Source: an uncultured Lachnospiraceae bacterium (GTDB taxonomy: Bacteria > Bacillota > Clostridia > Oscillospirales > CAG-272). From it: 64,000 nucleotides of DNA. The stretch lies in NCBI GenBank assembly GCA_964623895.1, contig CAZUWA010000001.1:24829-88828 (forward strand), written 5' to 3'. A program made the translations under genes and the position numbers. Below the pieces are notes generated by a model. It was not told where the DNA came from. It saw only the letters and a program-made list of their open reading frames with translations, and ran no database searches. This document shows, in pieces, positions 11,415 through 20,954 of this stretch (position 1 is the first letter of the stretch; each line of letters starts with the position of its first letter).

Positions 11415-13300
11415 TGACTTTTGAACTTTATTTTGAAGATTGCGTTCGGGTGGTGTGCAGTGCCACCCGAACGAAACATGCAGAGTTGTTTTCTGCTTTT
11501 GAATACGGTGAGGTGCTGACCTATCGTATGTATCTTGCACCTGAGCTGATGGTAAATGAGGCAACACTTTCTTTATTTCGGGATGATGACGGCGCAACAC
11601 TGACGATTCCGGGACAAAAAGAGGGGGATGGATTTACTTTTACTGTTGAAAGTGATCAGATCTGTCTTTCCGGTAGAAATGGCGGATTGTTCTATTATTG
11701 CTTTCATTTAGACAATAAAGTGCTTTCTCAGAATGAATTCGGCGAAGGATACTATCTCTCCGATACCGAAGAAGGCTGCAGTAAGTTTCAACTGTCAGTG
11801 TACCGTCCGGGAAGCAATAGACAGCTTGGTTATGAAGGCGGTATCATGTACCAAATTTTCCCCGATCGCTTTTGCCGTTCGGAGAATCGCTTTACAAAAG
11901 ATGGTGCCGTAATCGAAGAAGATTGGTACGGTGATATTAGGGAATATCCCTTGACACCCGGCGCACCGGTGAAAAACAATCATTTTTTCGGCGGAGACTT
12001 ATATGGTATTGCTGAAAAACTCGATTATCTCAAAGAACTCGGAGTGACGCTTATTTATCTCAATCCGATTTTTAAAGCGGCATCCAATCACCGTTATGAC
12101 ACCGGCGATTATGAACAGGTAGATGAATTGCTCGGTGGCAATGCGGCATTACAGTTTTTGATCGACCGCGCCAAAGAAAAAGGAATCGGGATCATTCTCG
12201 ATGGCGTGTTCAACCATACGGGAGATGACAGCAAGTATTTCAACAAGTATGGCAGATACCCAACGCTTGGTGCTTATCAGTCAAAAGATTCCCCCTATTA
12301 TGATTGGTATTTTTTCAAAAACTATCCGGATAGTTATGAGTGTTGGTGGGGCATTACCATTCAGCCGAAAATGAACGGAAAGAATGAAAAATATCTTGCG
12401 TATTTTGCCGGAGAAGATGGGATCATTTCGAGATATCTTAAAATGGGGATTGCGGGTTGGAGATTGGATGTGGCGGATGAGCTTCCTGACGAAGCACTGA
12501 ATGCAATCAAATCTGCCGCAGAATATGTTGACGGCAAAGGATTGGTGTACGGAGAGGTTTGGGAGGATGCTTCCAATAAAATCTCTTATTCAGTGCGCCG
12601 TCATTATTTTACAGGCGGACAGTTGACTGCAACCATGAATTATCCTCTGAAAAATGCCATTATCGGTTACCTCACAGAGGGAGATGCCGAATTTATCTTC
12701 TATACAATGAAGACTATCTACAGCCACTACCCGAAATCTGCATCCGATTTGGCAATGAATATTCTGTCAACGCACGATACCGAACGCATTCTCACCGTTC
12801 TTGCCGGTTCTCCGCAAACTGCAGCATCCCCTGACATATTGGCGCATGCCGTCTTGACGGCAGAAGAGCGTGCATCAGCGATCAAAAAGATCAAGATTGC
12901 GGCATTGCTTCAGATGACACTTCCCGGTATTCCTTGTATCTATTATGGGGACGAGATCGGAATGGAAGGCTACCATGATCCCTTTAACCGCAAACCTTAT
13001 CCATGGGGAAGAGAAGATGAACAGATCCTTTCTTATTACAAAACACTTACATCGTTTCGCAAACAATGTAAGATGTTGGCAGATGCCTATTACAGGGGGA
13101 TCTCTGCAAAGAACGGAGTGTACATTTTCGAACGATTCAATGATAAAGGCGAGATTTTGAAGGTCATTGCAAATCTTTCGGATCATTGTTATTTAGAACG
13201 GTTTCAAGGAAAAATGTTGCTTTGTCCTGCAATGACAGAGATCACAGACGGTATCGCCGTGGCTCAGAACACTGCCGTTGCGCTTTACAGAAAGCAATAA
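11414..13300 (+). CDS. GH13 alpha-amylase-family enzyme (neopullulanase/cyclomaltodextrinase-like) with N-terminal beta domain
   Basis: Conserved regions DGVFNHTG, GWRLDVADE, YGEVWE and LSTHDTER. I chose the ATG at 11414, which overlaps the glgP stop (TAATG), over the track start at 11390. Confidence 0.85.
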   Translation: MTFELYFEDCVRVVCSATRTKHAELFSAFEYGEVLTYRMYLAPELMVNEATLSLFRDDDGATLTIPGQKEGDGFTFTVESDQICLSGRNGGLFYYCFHLDNKVLSQNEFGEGYYLSDTEEGCSKFQLSVYRPGSNRQLGYEGGIMYQIFPDRFCRSENRFTKDGAVIEEDWYGDIREYPLTPGAPVKNNHFFGGDLYGIAEKLDYLKELGVTLIYLNPIFKAASNHRYDTGDYEQVDELLGGNAALQFLIDRAKEKGIGIILDGVFNHTGDDSKYFNKYGRYPTLGAYQSKDSPYYDWYFFKNYPDSYECWWGITIQPKMNGKNEKYLAYFAGEDGIISRYLKMGIAGWRLDVADELPDEALNAIKSAAEYVDGKGLVYGEVWEDASNKISYSVRRHYFTGGQLTATMNYPLKNAIIGYLTEGDAEFIFYTMKTIYSHYPKSASDLAMNILSTHDTERILTVLAGSPQTAASPDILAHAVLTAEERASAIKKIKIAALLQMTLPGIPCIYYGDEIGMEGYHDPFNRKPYPWGREDEQILSYYKTLTSFRKQCKMLADAYYRGISAKNGVYIFERFNDKGEILKVIANLSDHCYLERFQGKMLLCPAMTEITDGIAVAQNTAVALYRKQ

Positions 13301-13336
13301 AAAACTGTAAAAAACTTGATGCTTTTTACAGTTTTC
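13301..13336 (+). terminator. Rho-independent terminator of the glycogen operon
   Basis: Stem CTGTAAAAA/TTTTTACAG (13305-13313/13323-13331) with A/T extension, followed by TTTT. Confidence 0.7.
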
Positions 13337-13440
13337 TCAAAGAAGGTGGCGATGCCGCCTTTTTTGATCATGTTTTTTGATGTTGGTAATTTTGCGGAAA
13401 TATCGGTGTAAACGGAAATGGTTGAACACCGAGATAGAAT

Positions 13441-13484
13441 TCAAAAGGGTGTTAAAAAGGTCAAAAACAACTTTTTAACACCCT
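13441..13484 (-). terminator. Terminator downstream of the 13499-14134 gene (bidirectional shape)
   Basis: 14-bp stem AGGGTGTTAAAAAG/CTTTTTAACACCCT flanked by A and T runs. Confidence 0.7.
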
Positions 13485-13498
13485 CTTTATTTGTTTGG

Positions 13499-14134
13499 TT
13501 ATCTTCTCATTTCCTTGACAACAGTGGTAGCTTTGTTATAGTATTTAAATGCAGCAAGTGTCTTATTACTGCCCTCAAAGATTACCACACCTTGCTTGCT
13601 GTCCTCTTTGTTGTAGATGCAGTAGTATGCCTGATCGGTGTTGGGAGTGGAGAGAATATTGACAGTGTTTTCCGGACCGATCGCATCTGCCTTCATCTTT
13701 CCTTCTCCTTCATAGGGAGCGGTTTCGACGATCGAATGCATCTTGGTTTGTACAAGCAGTTTGTCGGATTGATTACCATAGATCTCGGTGCAGATCAATT
13801 CTGCATTTTCAATGGCATAGGAATACTCAATGTCAACAAATTTGTGCGTTTTCTGCCAAATAAAAACACCGAGCAAGGAGGAGAGCGCAAGCGATGCCAT
13901 AAATCCGATCGCTCCAGCATCGAAAAGACCGGTGATGAGTGTAACCAATACAATTACAAAGATAATGCTTCCGAAAAAAGCGAAATAATAGCCGATCTGT
14001 TGGGTACGGTATTTGCCTTCCGATGCTTTTTTAACGGTATATTCCGCCACATTTACCTGTTTGAAGCTGTCGTCATTTCCACTTGATGTGGAGTTGGAAT
14101 TTCTGCCGAGAGCGCTAACGATTTTCTTTGCCAT
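13499..14134 (-). CDS. Hypothetical membrane protein (two central TM helices, soluble C-terminal domain)
   Basis: The track ORF starts at a TTG that lies inside the RBS. The ATG at 14134 (MAKKIVSALG) follows AAAGGAAAA. I recognised no enzymatic motif. Confidence 0.6.
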   Translation of the reverse strand: MAKKIVSALGRNSNSTSSGNDDSFKQVNVAEYTVKKASEGKYRTQQIGYYFAFFGSIIFVIVLVTLITGLFDAGAIGFMASLALSSLLGVFIWQKTHKFVDIEYSYAIENAELICTEIYGNQSDKLLVQTKMHSIVETAPYEGEGKMKADAIGPENTVNILSTPNTDQAYYCIYNKEDSKQGVVIFEGSNKTLAAFKYYNKATTVVKEMRR

Positions 14135-14218
14135 GATAATACATTTTCCTTTCAATAATAATGATCTTAAACATCACCGTATATTATACATGAAAATGGA
14201 AATTTTTGCAAGCCTTTT

Positions 14219-14896
14219 TCAGTTTTTCTTTCTTTTTTTGAAAAATTTATACCCAAAAAGTAAAATGATTAGGAATAGGATGATAAGAAGGATCTGAAGA
14301 TAGGTAAAGTAAACGGATTCGACGAAAGAATCGGATAAGTGGTTTTCGGCTGCGTACTTTGCGGCGAGTGGATTGTCCGAAACATCAAAGAGGGTTCGTT
14401 CGCAACCTTTAAAGGCTTCATACCCGATCTTTGTGATCTCTTTGCCCAGTTTTAATTTGAAAATGCGTGGGCAGTCGCGGAAAGCAGCATCCCCGATCGA
14501 CAAAACCGAATCATTTAACGAGACGGAACAAAGAAGAGAACATCCCTCGAATGCGCTTTCACCGATCAAAACCTTGCCGCCTTTTTCAAAGGTAATGCTA
14601 TTCAAATTGGGGCAGTCGGCAAAAGCGTATGCGCCGATTATTTCAAGTGAGGAGGGAAAGGTGACCTTCCGTAAACGCTCGTTTTTATAGAATGCGCTGT
14701 CGGCTATCGCAATGATAGGTTGACCGTCCAATTCCTTCGGAATGACCAGCTCTCTTGCCAAGACCGAGCTTCCGGTAATGATAATGCCGTCATCTGTTTG
14801 TTCATATTGAAAATCCGATCTGTCGGAATCGTTTGTGCAGGCGACGACCGAGAAGATGAGGAAGAGCGCCAAAAAAGCAGTTATGATTTTTTTCAT
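14219..14896 (-). CDS. BspA-type leucine-rich-repeat surface lipoprotein with C-terminal TM anchor
   Basis: Signal peptide plus lipobox (FSVVAC). Repeats of the pattern IGxxAFxxCxxLxxV/I. C-terminal hydrophobic helix followed by KKRKKN. Confidence 0.7.
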   Translation of the reverse strand: MKKIITAFLALFLIFSVVACTNDSDRSDFQYEQTDDGIIITGSSVLARELVIPKELDGQPIIAIADSAFYKNERLRKVTFPSSLEIIGAYAFADCPNLNSITFEKGGKVLIGESAFEGCSLLCSVSLNDSVLSIGDAAFRDCPRIFKLKLGKEITKIGYEAFKGCERTLFDVSDNPLAAKYAAENHLSDSFVESVYFTYLQILLIILFLIILLFGYKFFKKRKKN

Positions 14897-15057
14897 AAAT
14901 ACACACCTAAGAATTAGTATTTTTAGACAATGAAGCGAAAAATGTTTTCTTGCAAGGCAAGAGACTGCATCATTATACCATATTTTTTTACCATTGTAAA
15001 GTGAAAAATGCAGTACATTTTGGCTATACTAACAAAAAGTAAAAAACAAGGTGCGAT

Positions 15058-16440
15058 ATGAATGAATATTTAAAAAAAACGGAAGAAATGGACGCCGGCA
15101 TGCACAATGGCGTTAGTTATGATACCGTCAAGCGTGAGATCACGCTTGAAAACGGAAAAAACGCGGCGGTATACTGTGTGAATGGGTGTGTTGACAGTGA
15201 ACTTATTGAAAAATTGATAAGAACAATCCTCGACGGTCAACCGCCAGAAAAACTTCCTTTTGCCGATATGTCTGTAAAAATGAGTGCAAAAGAGGCATTG
15301 ATCGATGTATATACCGGCAATGCTATTGTCATTTTTGAAGGAACGAGCGGTTTTGTCTCGGTGGATGTGAAAGCAATGCCGCTTCGGAGTATTGAAGAAC
15401 CTTCGAAAGAAAAGGTGTTGCGCGGTGCAAAGGATGGCTTTGTAGAGAGTATCGTGCAGAATTCCGCGCTCATTCGTCGCAGGATCAGAGATTCAAAACT
15501 GATTTTCAAGAGGCTTTCTGTCGGAAAAAGCAGTGTGACCGATGTGGCTATCTGCTATATGGAGGATCGGGCAGACAGTCGATTTGTGAATAAATTGATC
15601 TCGGAAATTGACAGTATTGACATTGGCGCGCTCAATATGGGGCAGGAGAGTCTCGCAGAACTGATGATCAAAAAGAAAAAATACAATCCTTTTCCAAAAA
15701 TTCGCTATACCGAGCGACCGGATGCGGCGGCTGCAATGTTGATGGAGGGAAGTGTGATCGTTCTTTGTGACAATTATCCTGCCGCGATGATCCTGCCGAC
15801 ATCGTTTCTCGATTTTTTGCAAAACACTGATGACTTCTATTTTCCCCCGGCGATCGGTGGGTATCTGAAGGTGGTCAGAAACGTTGTGTACCTGTTTTCC
15901 ATCATTTTGACACCGGTATGGTTTTGTCTGCAACAGTATGCGGATATCATTCCCGAACCGCTTTCTTTTCTGATTTATAAAGGAGAAAGTTTTTTGCCGC
16001 TTCTTTTTCAGATCTTATTGGTAGAACTTGCGGTCGACGGATTAAAGTTGGCATCACTCAATACCCCCGATACCCTTTCTAATTCCTTAAGCGTTATCAG
16101 TGCTCTGATCCTCGGTGATTTTGCAATAGAGGTGGGATGGATCTCCGAGCAGGTGATCTTATATATGGCTTTTGTTGCCATTGCAAACTTTGCCCAGCCC
16201 AGTTATGAATTATCTTATGCTTTCAAATTTATGAGAATGATCACATTGCTCCTGATCGCTCTCTTTGGAATTTATGGGTTGGCAGTCGGAGTGATCTTTA
16301 CGATCACGACAATTGTCACAAACGGTTCTTATCTTTCGGGCAAAGGATATCTTTATCCATTGATCCCGTTCAACGGAAAAGCTTTATTCAAACTTTTGTA
16401 CCGTGTCAGTACGGAAAAAGATAAAAGTTTAAAAAAATAA
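15058..16440 (+). CDS. Spore germination protein, GerA/SpoVAF family (A subunit-like)
   Basis: 460 aa with a soluble N-terminal domain (VRGAKDGFVESIVQNSALIRRRI) and a C-terminal multi-TM region, as in GerAA/SpoVAF. Confidence 0.8.
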   Translation: MNEYLKKTEEMDAGMHNGVSYDTVKREITLENGKNAAVYCVNGCVDSELIEKLIRTILDGQPPEKLPFADMSVKMSAKEALIDVYTGNAIVIFEGTSGFVSVDVKAMPLRSIEEPSKEKVLRGAKDGFVESIVQNSALIRRRIRDSKLIFKRLSVGKSSVTDVAICYMEDRADSRFVNKLISEIDSIDIGALNMGQESLAELMIKKKKYNPFPKIRYTERPDAAAAMLMEGSVIVLCDNYPAAMILPTSFLDFLQNTDDFYFPPAIGGYLKVVRNVVYLFSIILTPVWFCLQQYADIIPEPLSFLIYKGESFLPLLFQILLVELAVDGLKLASLNTPDTLSNSLSVISALILGDFAIEVGWISEQVILYMAFVAIANFAQPSYELSYAFKFMRMITLLLIALFGIYGLAVGVIFTITTIVTNGSYLSGKGYLYPLIPFNGKALFKLLYRVSTEKDKSLKK

Positions 16441-16524
16441 ATTTGACATTCAATACGTCTTGTGATATAATAAAATGGAATTTTGCAAGACGCAGAATTT
16501 TGTGTAAACTTATAAGAATTGTAG

Positions 16525-18141
16525 GTGATTTTTTTGAAAAGAACAGTAATCGGTCTTCTTTGCATTGCGGTTCTTTTGGTGTCTGTTTTTTCGTTTGCAT
16601 CTTGTGTAAATGAAAATGAAAAGGAAGAATTGTATACGGCACTTTCCGAACTTCTGCCGGCAGAAGGCTATACGACGGCATCCTATAAAGTGTATATTGA
16701 TGCATATAACAATGCCAAGCAGGTCTATCTTAATGAAGAAGCAACGGGTCTGGAGGTCGACACTGCTTTAAAGACCTTGAACAGTGCCAAAGGTTCGCTT
16801 GTGAAGACGGCGGATTTCTCTCAGTTGAAACTGGCAATAGAAGCGCATGAGAGCATTATCGCCGCTTCCTACACTTCGGAAAGTTACGGAACGTATCTTT
16901 CGGCGTATAATATTGCACTGGCAGTTTATCAGGATGATTCCTCAAGCCAAAATGAGATCAATTCGGCGGTCACGTCTTTGAACAATGCCATTCGCGCACT
17001 GGTGAAGATCCCGGACAGTTCCTCGTTACAGCAGTTGCTTCAAAACAAGGTGTCTTCCGATGGATACACCACGGCTTCCTACCGACTCTATGAGGAAGCC
17101 TACAGCAATGCACTGCAACTGATCCAAGATGAGAATGCGGCAAAAGAAGAGCTGTTGCTTGCGGAAAACCTTTTAAGGCAGACACAAAACGCGTTGATGA
17201 AAAAAGGCGACACAACACCATTAACGACGGTCATGCGAGAGATCGAGCAGCAATATCTTGCGACGGACAAATCGGGTAGAGAACCGAAGGACTATTATAC
17301 GGCGAGCAGTTATGCCGCATTTATGGTCGTTTACAATGAATGTAAGACCATTGAAGCCACTTCCGACGCCTCCGATAACGAGATCGTATTGCTTGGCGAA
17401 AATCTCGTCAATGCGGCTGAGAAACTTGTCTCGATTAAAGGATTGCTCGAACGTATTGATATGTTCGCCGTGTATGCGGCACAGAGCCATTATTATACTG
17501 TCGAAAGTTATGAAAATTTTGCGGCGGCAGTATCCGAAGCGATCAATATCGCAAAGGCAAGCAATCCGACTTTTGACCAAGTTAAAGCAGCAGAGGACAA
17601 AATTGATGATGCACTGACCAAATTGGAACGTCGAGAATTGATTCCCGACCATCAGACAAATAAGACTTTTACTAATAAAGAGATTAAAGTTGGCAATTCC
17701 TCCGTTTCTTTTGAAGACTATATGACGGATTATGCCGCATTTTTCGAAAAGGTCACGACCGATAATTTGATCTTTGCTTACTATACCGAAGGTGATGTGG
17801 CATATATTCATTATGCAAATGCGGATATTGTGATGCGAGATCAATATATCAAGATGAGTTATAGTGGCGGTGCAACCGTTTCAGCTGAAAGCATTTTTGC
17901 GGCATCCTTCGGAGGCATCTCTTTTGACAAGAGTGAATTTGATTTCTCTGCAGAAGAAAATTTCGGTACGCCTACCGAATACAGCAAGCGTACCGAGATT
18001 GTTATGGGTATGGAAAACAGCATTGCGACAATCGTCTATTCTGCACAAGACGGAAGCAAGATGACTATCGAATATAACACTATCTATAATTTTATTATCT
18101 CTATTGAGTTGGTCAACGGCGGCGCGGACGTCTTAGCGTGA
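16525..18141 (+). CDS. Lipoprotein with five FIVAR-like helical repeats and a C-terminal beta-rich domain
   Basis: Lipobox SFASC. Five repeats of about 45 aa beginning YT(T/S)xSY...(N/E)..L. The start may be TTG 16534 instead of GTG 16525. Confidence 0.7.
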   Translation: MIFLKRTVIGLLCIAVLLVSVFSFASCVNENEKEELYTALSELLPAEGYTTASYKVYIDAYNNAKQVYLNEEATGLEVDTALKTLNSAKGSLVKTADFSQLKLAIEAHESIIAASYTSESYGTYLSAYNIALAVYQDDSSSQNEINSAVTSLNNAIRALVKIPDSSSLQQLLQNKVSSDGYTTASYRLYEEAYSNALQLIQDENAAKEELLLAENLLRQTQNALMKKGDTTPLTTVMREIEQQYLATDKSGREPKDYYTASSYAAFMVVYNECKTIEATSDASDNEIVLLGENLVNAAEKLVSIKGLLERIDMFAVYAAQSHYYTVESYENFAAAVSEAINIAKASNPTFDQVKAAEDKIDDALTKLERRELIPDHQTNKTFTNKEIKVGNSSVSFEDYMTDYAAFFEKVTTDNLIFAYYTEGDVAYIHYANADIVMRDQYIKMSYSGGATVSAESIFAASFGGISFDKSEFDFSAEENFGTPTEYSKRTEIVMGMENSIATIVYSAQDGSKMTIEYNTIYNFIISIELVNGGADVLA

Positions 18142-19604
18142 TTTGAAGAAAGTTCCGGTTCCATATTAAAGACATCCTCAATGCATTCCAAAACATGGGA
18201 AGCGATCATCGAACGCTTTCCATGTTTTTTTGCGGCAAAATCGCCTGCGGCACCATGAATAAAGCATCCGGCAACAGCGGCATCAAGAGAAGACATGCCG
18301 CCTGCCATAAGAGCTGAAATAATCCCCGAAAGGACATCTCCGCATCCGGCGGTAGACATTCCGTTGTTACCGGAAAGATTGATATAAGAGACCGTGCCGT
18401 CTGTGATCACAGTATGTGCGTCCTTTAAAAGAACGACCGCACCTGTCATTTTTGCGAGTTTTTTGGCGGCAAGAATGGGGGAAGCGAGAATGCTATCGAT
18501 TGAAACGCCGAGCAGGCGCGCAGCCTCACCGGGATGTGGCGTCAATAAGATCTTTCCTTTGTAGTTTTCGATAAGCGAGGTTCCCACTGTCAGATTTAAT
18601 CCGTCGGCATCAAGTAACAGCGGTAAGGCGCAGTTTTCAAGGATGGTGCGCACGATCTTTTGTGCTTGTGCACTTTTGCCTATTCCCGGACCGAGCAATA
18701 CGGCAGAACAGTGCTCTGTCGCTCCTAAAAAATAATCCGGCGGTGTTTTTTTGTCGTAACTGTATAAGACCGCTTCCGGCAAAAGCGTTTGGCAGATGAT
18801 CCTGTTTTCCTCCGGCGTTACGATCTTTACAAGACCGACGCCGGAGAAATATCCGGCTTTTCCCGCAAGATAGGAAGCGCCTGCCATGTTTTTGCAACCT
18901 GTAATGGTAACAAGTGTGCCGTAACTACCTTTGTTACTTCGGACAAAGCGCTTAGGTAAGATCGGTAAACTTTCGACTGCCGCAAAGGATGTGTAAGGCG
19001 GATAACTCAGTCCAATGTCCAAAAGAACGACTTTTCCGCAGTATTCGGTGGCAGGATACGCAAAGTGTGCTGGTTTATAGCACCCGAGCGCCAAGGTTGT
19101 GTCTGCTTTGAATGTGTGCGGATCGGCTTCGCCGGTGTCGGCAGAAACACCGCTTGGAAGGTCTGCGGAGATACGATGGGAGGGAAGCCCTGAAAGAACA
19201 TCAAAGAGAGAACGGTATGCATCAGGCAGTGTGCCGTGAAAGGAGGATCCGAAGACGCAGTCTATAATGATGTCGTATTTTTTCGACTGTTTTATTGACG
19301 AGACGGTGGCAATACCATCTGAAAAGAAAGCGTTTGCTTTGGTGGATGGAGGATCATCAATGGAAAAAACATCAATCTGATAGTTTTTTTGTATTTGAAT
19401 GCGTTTTGCAAGGGCATAGCCGTCTGCGCCGTTGTTTCCGCTTCCGCATAGGATCAGGATCGAAGAATTGACCGAAAAATGGGAAAGCAGGTAGCGTTCG
19501 ATGCTCTCAGCTGCGTTTTCAATCATTTTTTCAAAGGACAGACCGCTTTTTGAAAGTGCCGCTTCGTGCGCTTTGATCTCGGAAGAAGTGTAGCACGCGA
19601 TCAT
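18084..19604 (-). CDS. nnr: Bifunctional NAD(P)H-hydrate repair enzyme (epimerase + ADP-dependent dehydratase)
   Basis: N-terminal YjeF_N domain (CGSGNNGADGYALA) and a C-terminal carbohydrate-kinase-like domain (GCGDVLSGII). ATGA coupling to the upstream gene. Confidence 0.9.
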   Translation of the reverse strand: MIACYTSSEIKAHEAALSKSGLSFEKMIENAAESIERYLLSHFSVNSSILILCGSGNNGADGYALAKRIQIQKNYQIDVFSIDDPPSTKANAFFSDGIATVSSIKQSKKYDIIIDCVFGSSFHGTLPDAYRSLFDVLSGLPSHRISADLPSGVSADTGEADPHTFKADTTLALGCYKPAHFAYPATEYCGKVVLLDIGLSYPPYTSFAAVESLPILPKRFVRSNKGSYGTLVTITGCKNMAGASYLAGKAGYFSGVGLVKIVTPEENRIICQTLLPEAVLYSYDKKTPPDYFLGATEHCSAVLLGPGIGKSAQAQKIVRTILENCALPLLLDADGLNLTVGTSLIENYKGKILLTPHPGEAARLLGVSIDSILASPILAAKKLAKMTGAVVLLKDAHTVITDGTVSYINLSGNNGMSTAGCGDVLSGIISALMAGGMSSLDAAVAGCFIHGAAGDFAAKKHGKRSMIASHVLECIEDVFNMEPELSSNHAKTSAPPLTNSIEIIKL

Positions 19605-20770
19605 TGTAATGTATCTCCTTGCAAGAGTTTGTTTAGATATGGATCAACTTTCAAAAACGTCGCAGCAGCCTGATACTCTGCGAGTGCGGCCGCTTTTTTT
19701 TCTTCAGACACATGTCCCTTGACGGCGCGGATCATAATGTTTTTCGGCGTTTCCTCGGGGTCGATGAGTTCAATTGCAGTGACACGGTATCCCTCTGCTT
19801 CTAAGCGCTTACAACGCAGAGCATCTGTCAGAGCATCGCACATTTTCTGACGGAACATCGAATGCTCGCTGACAAAAGACAGTTCCGAGCAGTCGAGCTG
19901 TTTCATCATTTCATGATGACAGCAGGGGGTAGAAAGTATGACATCTGCATCCAAACGAACTGCATTTGAGAGAACGATATCGGTGGCAATATCGCAGGCA
20001 TGCAGAGAAATGACCAAATGGATTTTTTCCTTCGGGTCAAAATCAAAGATGTTTCCGCATTCAAACAGCATGCCGTCAAAATCGAGTTCTTTGGCGGTTT
20101 CTTTGCAGAAATCAATGACATCTTTTTTAAGATCCACCCCATACATGATCACTATTCGTCCTTTGAGAACTGTCAGATAGTAATAGACTGCAAAGGTGAG
20201 ATAACTTTTTCCGCAACAAAGATCACAAACACGAAGGGGACCTTCTTTAGGAAGAGCGCCATATATGTCGTCGAGTATCTCTACAAAGCGGTTGATCTGT
20301 TTGAATTTTGAACGTTTTTTGTCGTAGATCTCACCACTTTCCGAGCAAACACCGAGCTTTGAAAGAAAACCGGCAGATTTGATCGGATCAAGAAGATAAT
20401 GCCGTTCTTTGTTGTTCGCTGTCGCTTTGGCAGTGGGTGCGAAAGAGTGATTGATGCGGTCGTTGATGTGTACCTTTCCGTTTTTGGAAATGAGGATTTC
20501 ACATTCACCGCCGGTGGTAAAGAGGTTGATCTGTCGGTATTCAGAAAGCAGAATATCCAATCGCTCGATGCCCGGATCTTCCGGAAGATTGATCTGTCGC
20601 GCTTTGCCATCGGTATAGAAGGACTCAAGTTGTAAATAGCGGATGCCTCTGATCTCTACAATACGTCCTTGACTCTTTTTGATCTCTTTTGATCTTGGGC
20701 GACTGAATATGATCTTATTGACGATTTTTTCTGTCAGTGCTTCTCGGATTATTTTTACTGCTTCTTTCAT
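19601..20770 (-). CDS. Class I SAM-dependent methyltransferase with N-terminal uncharacterised domain
   Basis: Motif I-like VCDLCCGKSYLT, and VISLHACDIATD typical of the Methyltransf_32-type family. I chose the ATG at 20770 (GGGAGA RBS) over the track start at 20854. Confidence 0.75.
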   Translation of the reverse strand: MKEAVKIIREALTEKIVNKIIFSRPRSKEIKKSQGRIVEIRGIRYLQLESFYTDGKARQINLPEDPGIERLDILLSEYRQINLFTTGGECEILISKNGKVHINDRINHSFAPTAKATANNKERHYLLDPIKSAGFLSKLGVCSESGEIYDKKRSKFKQINRFVEILDDIYGALPKEGPLRVCDLCCGKSYLTFAVYYYLTVLKGRIVIMYGVDLKKDVIDFCKETAKELDFDGMLFECGNIFDFDPKEKIHLVISLHACDIATDIVLSNAVRLDADVILSTPCCHHEMMKQLDCSELSFVSEHSMFRQKMCDALTDALRCKRLEAEGYRVTAIELIDPEETPKNIMIRAVKGHVSEEKKAAALAEYQAAATFLKVDPYLNKLLQGDTLQ

Positions 20771-20954
20771 GACTATTTCTCCCGCTAAAGTGATCTTTTG
20801 ATCGATATTACTTTGATATACGTTTAGTGTAGCAGAAATGGCACTTTTTTTCAATGATTTTTCAAAAAAATTGCAAATTTTTGGATTTTCACTTGAAACT
20901 CACGAAAAAAACAAGTATAATATTGTCATAACAAAGAAAAAGGACGGTCAAAAA

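Noticed and set aside
15022-15031. The sigma-F/G-like -10 element GGCTATACTA upstream of the GerA-family gene. I considered reporting it as a feature.
   Set aside because: I found no acceptable -35 at the proper spacing. It is kept only as a remark inside a finding, not as a feature.
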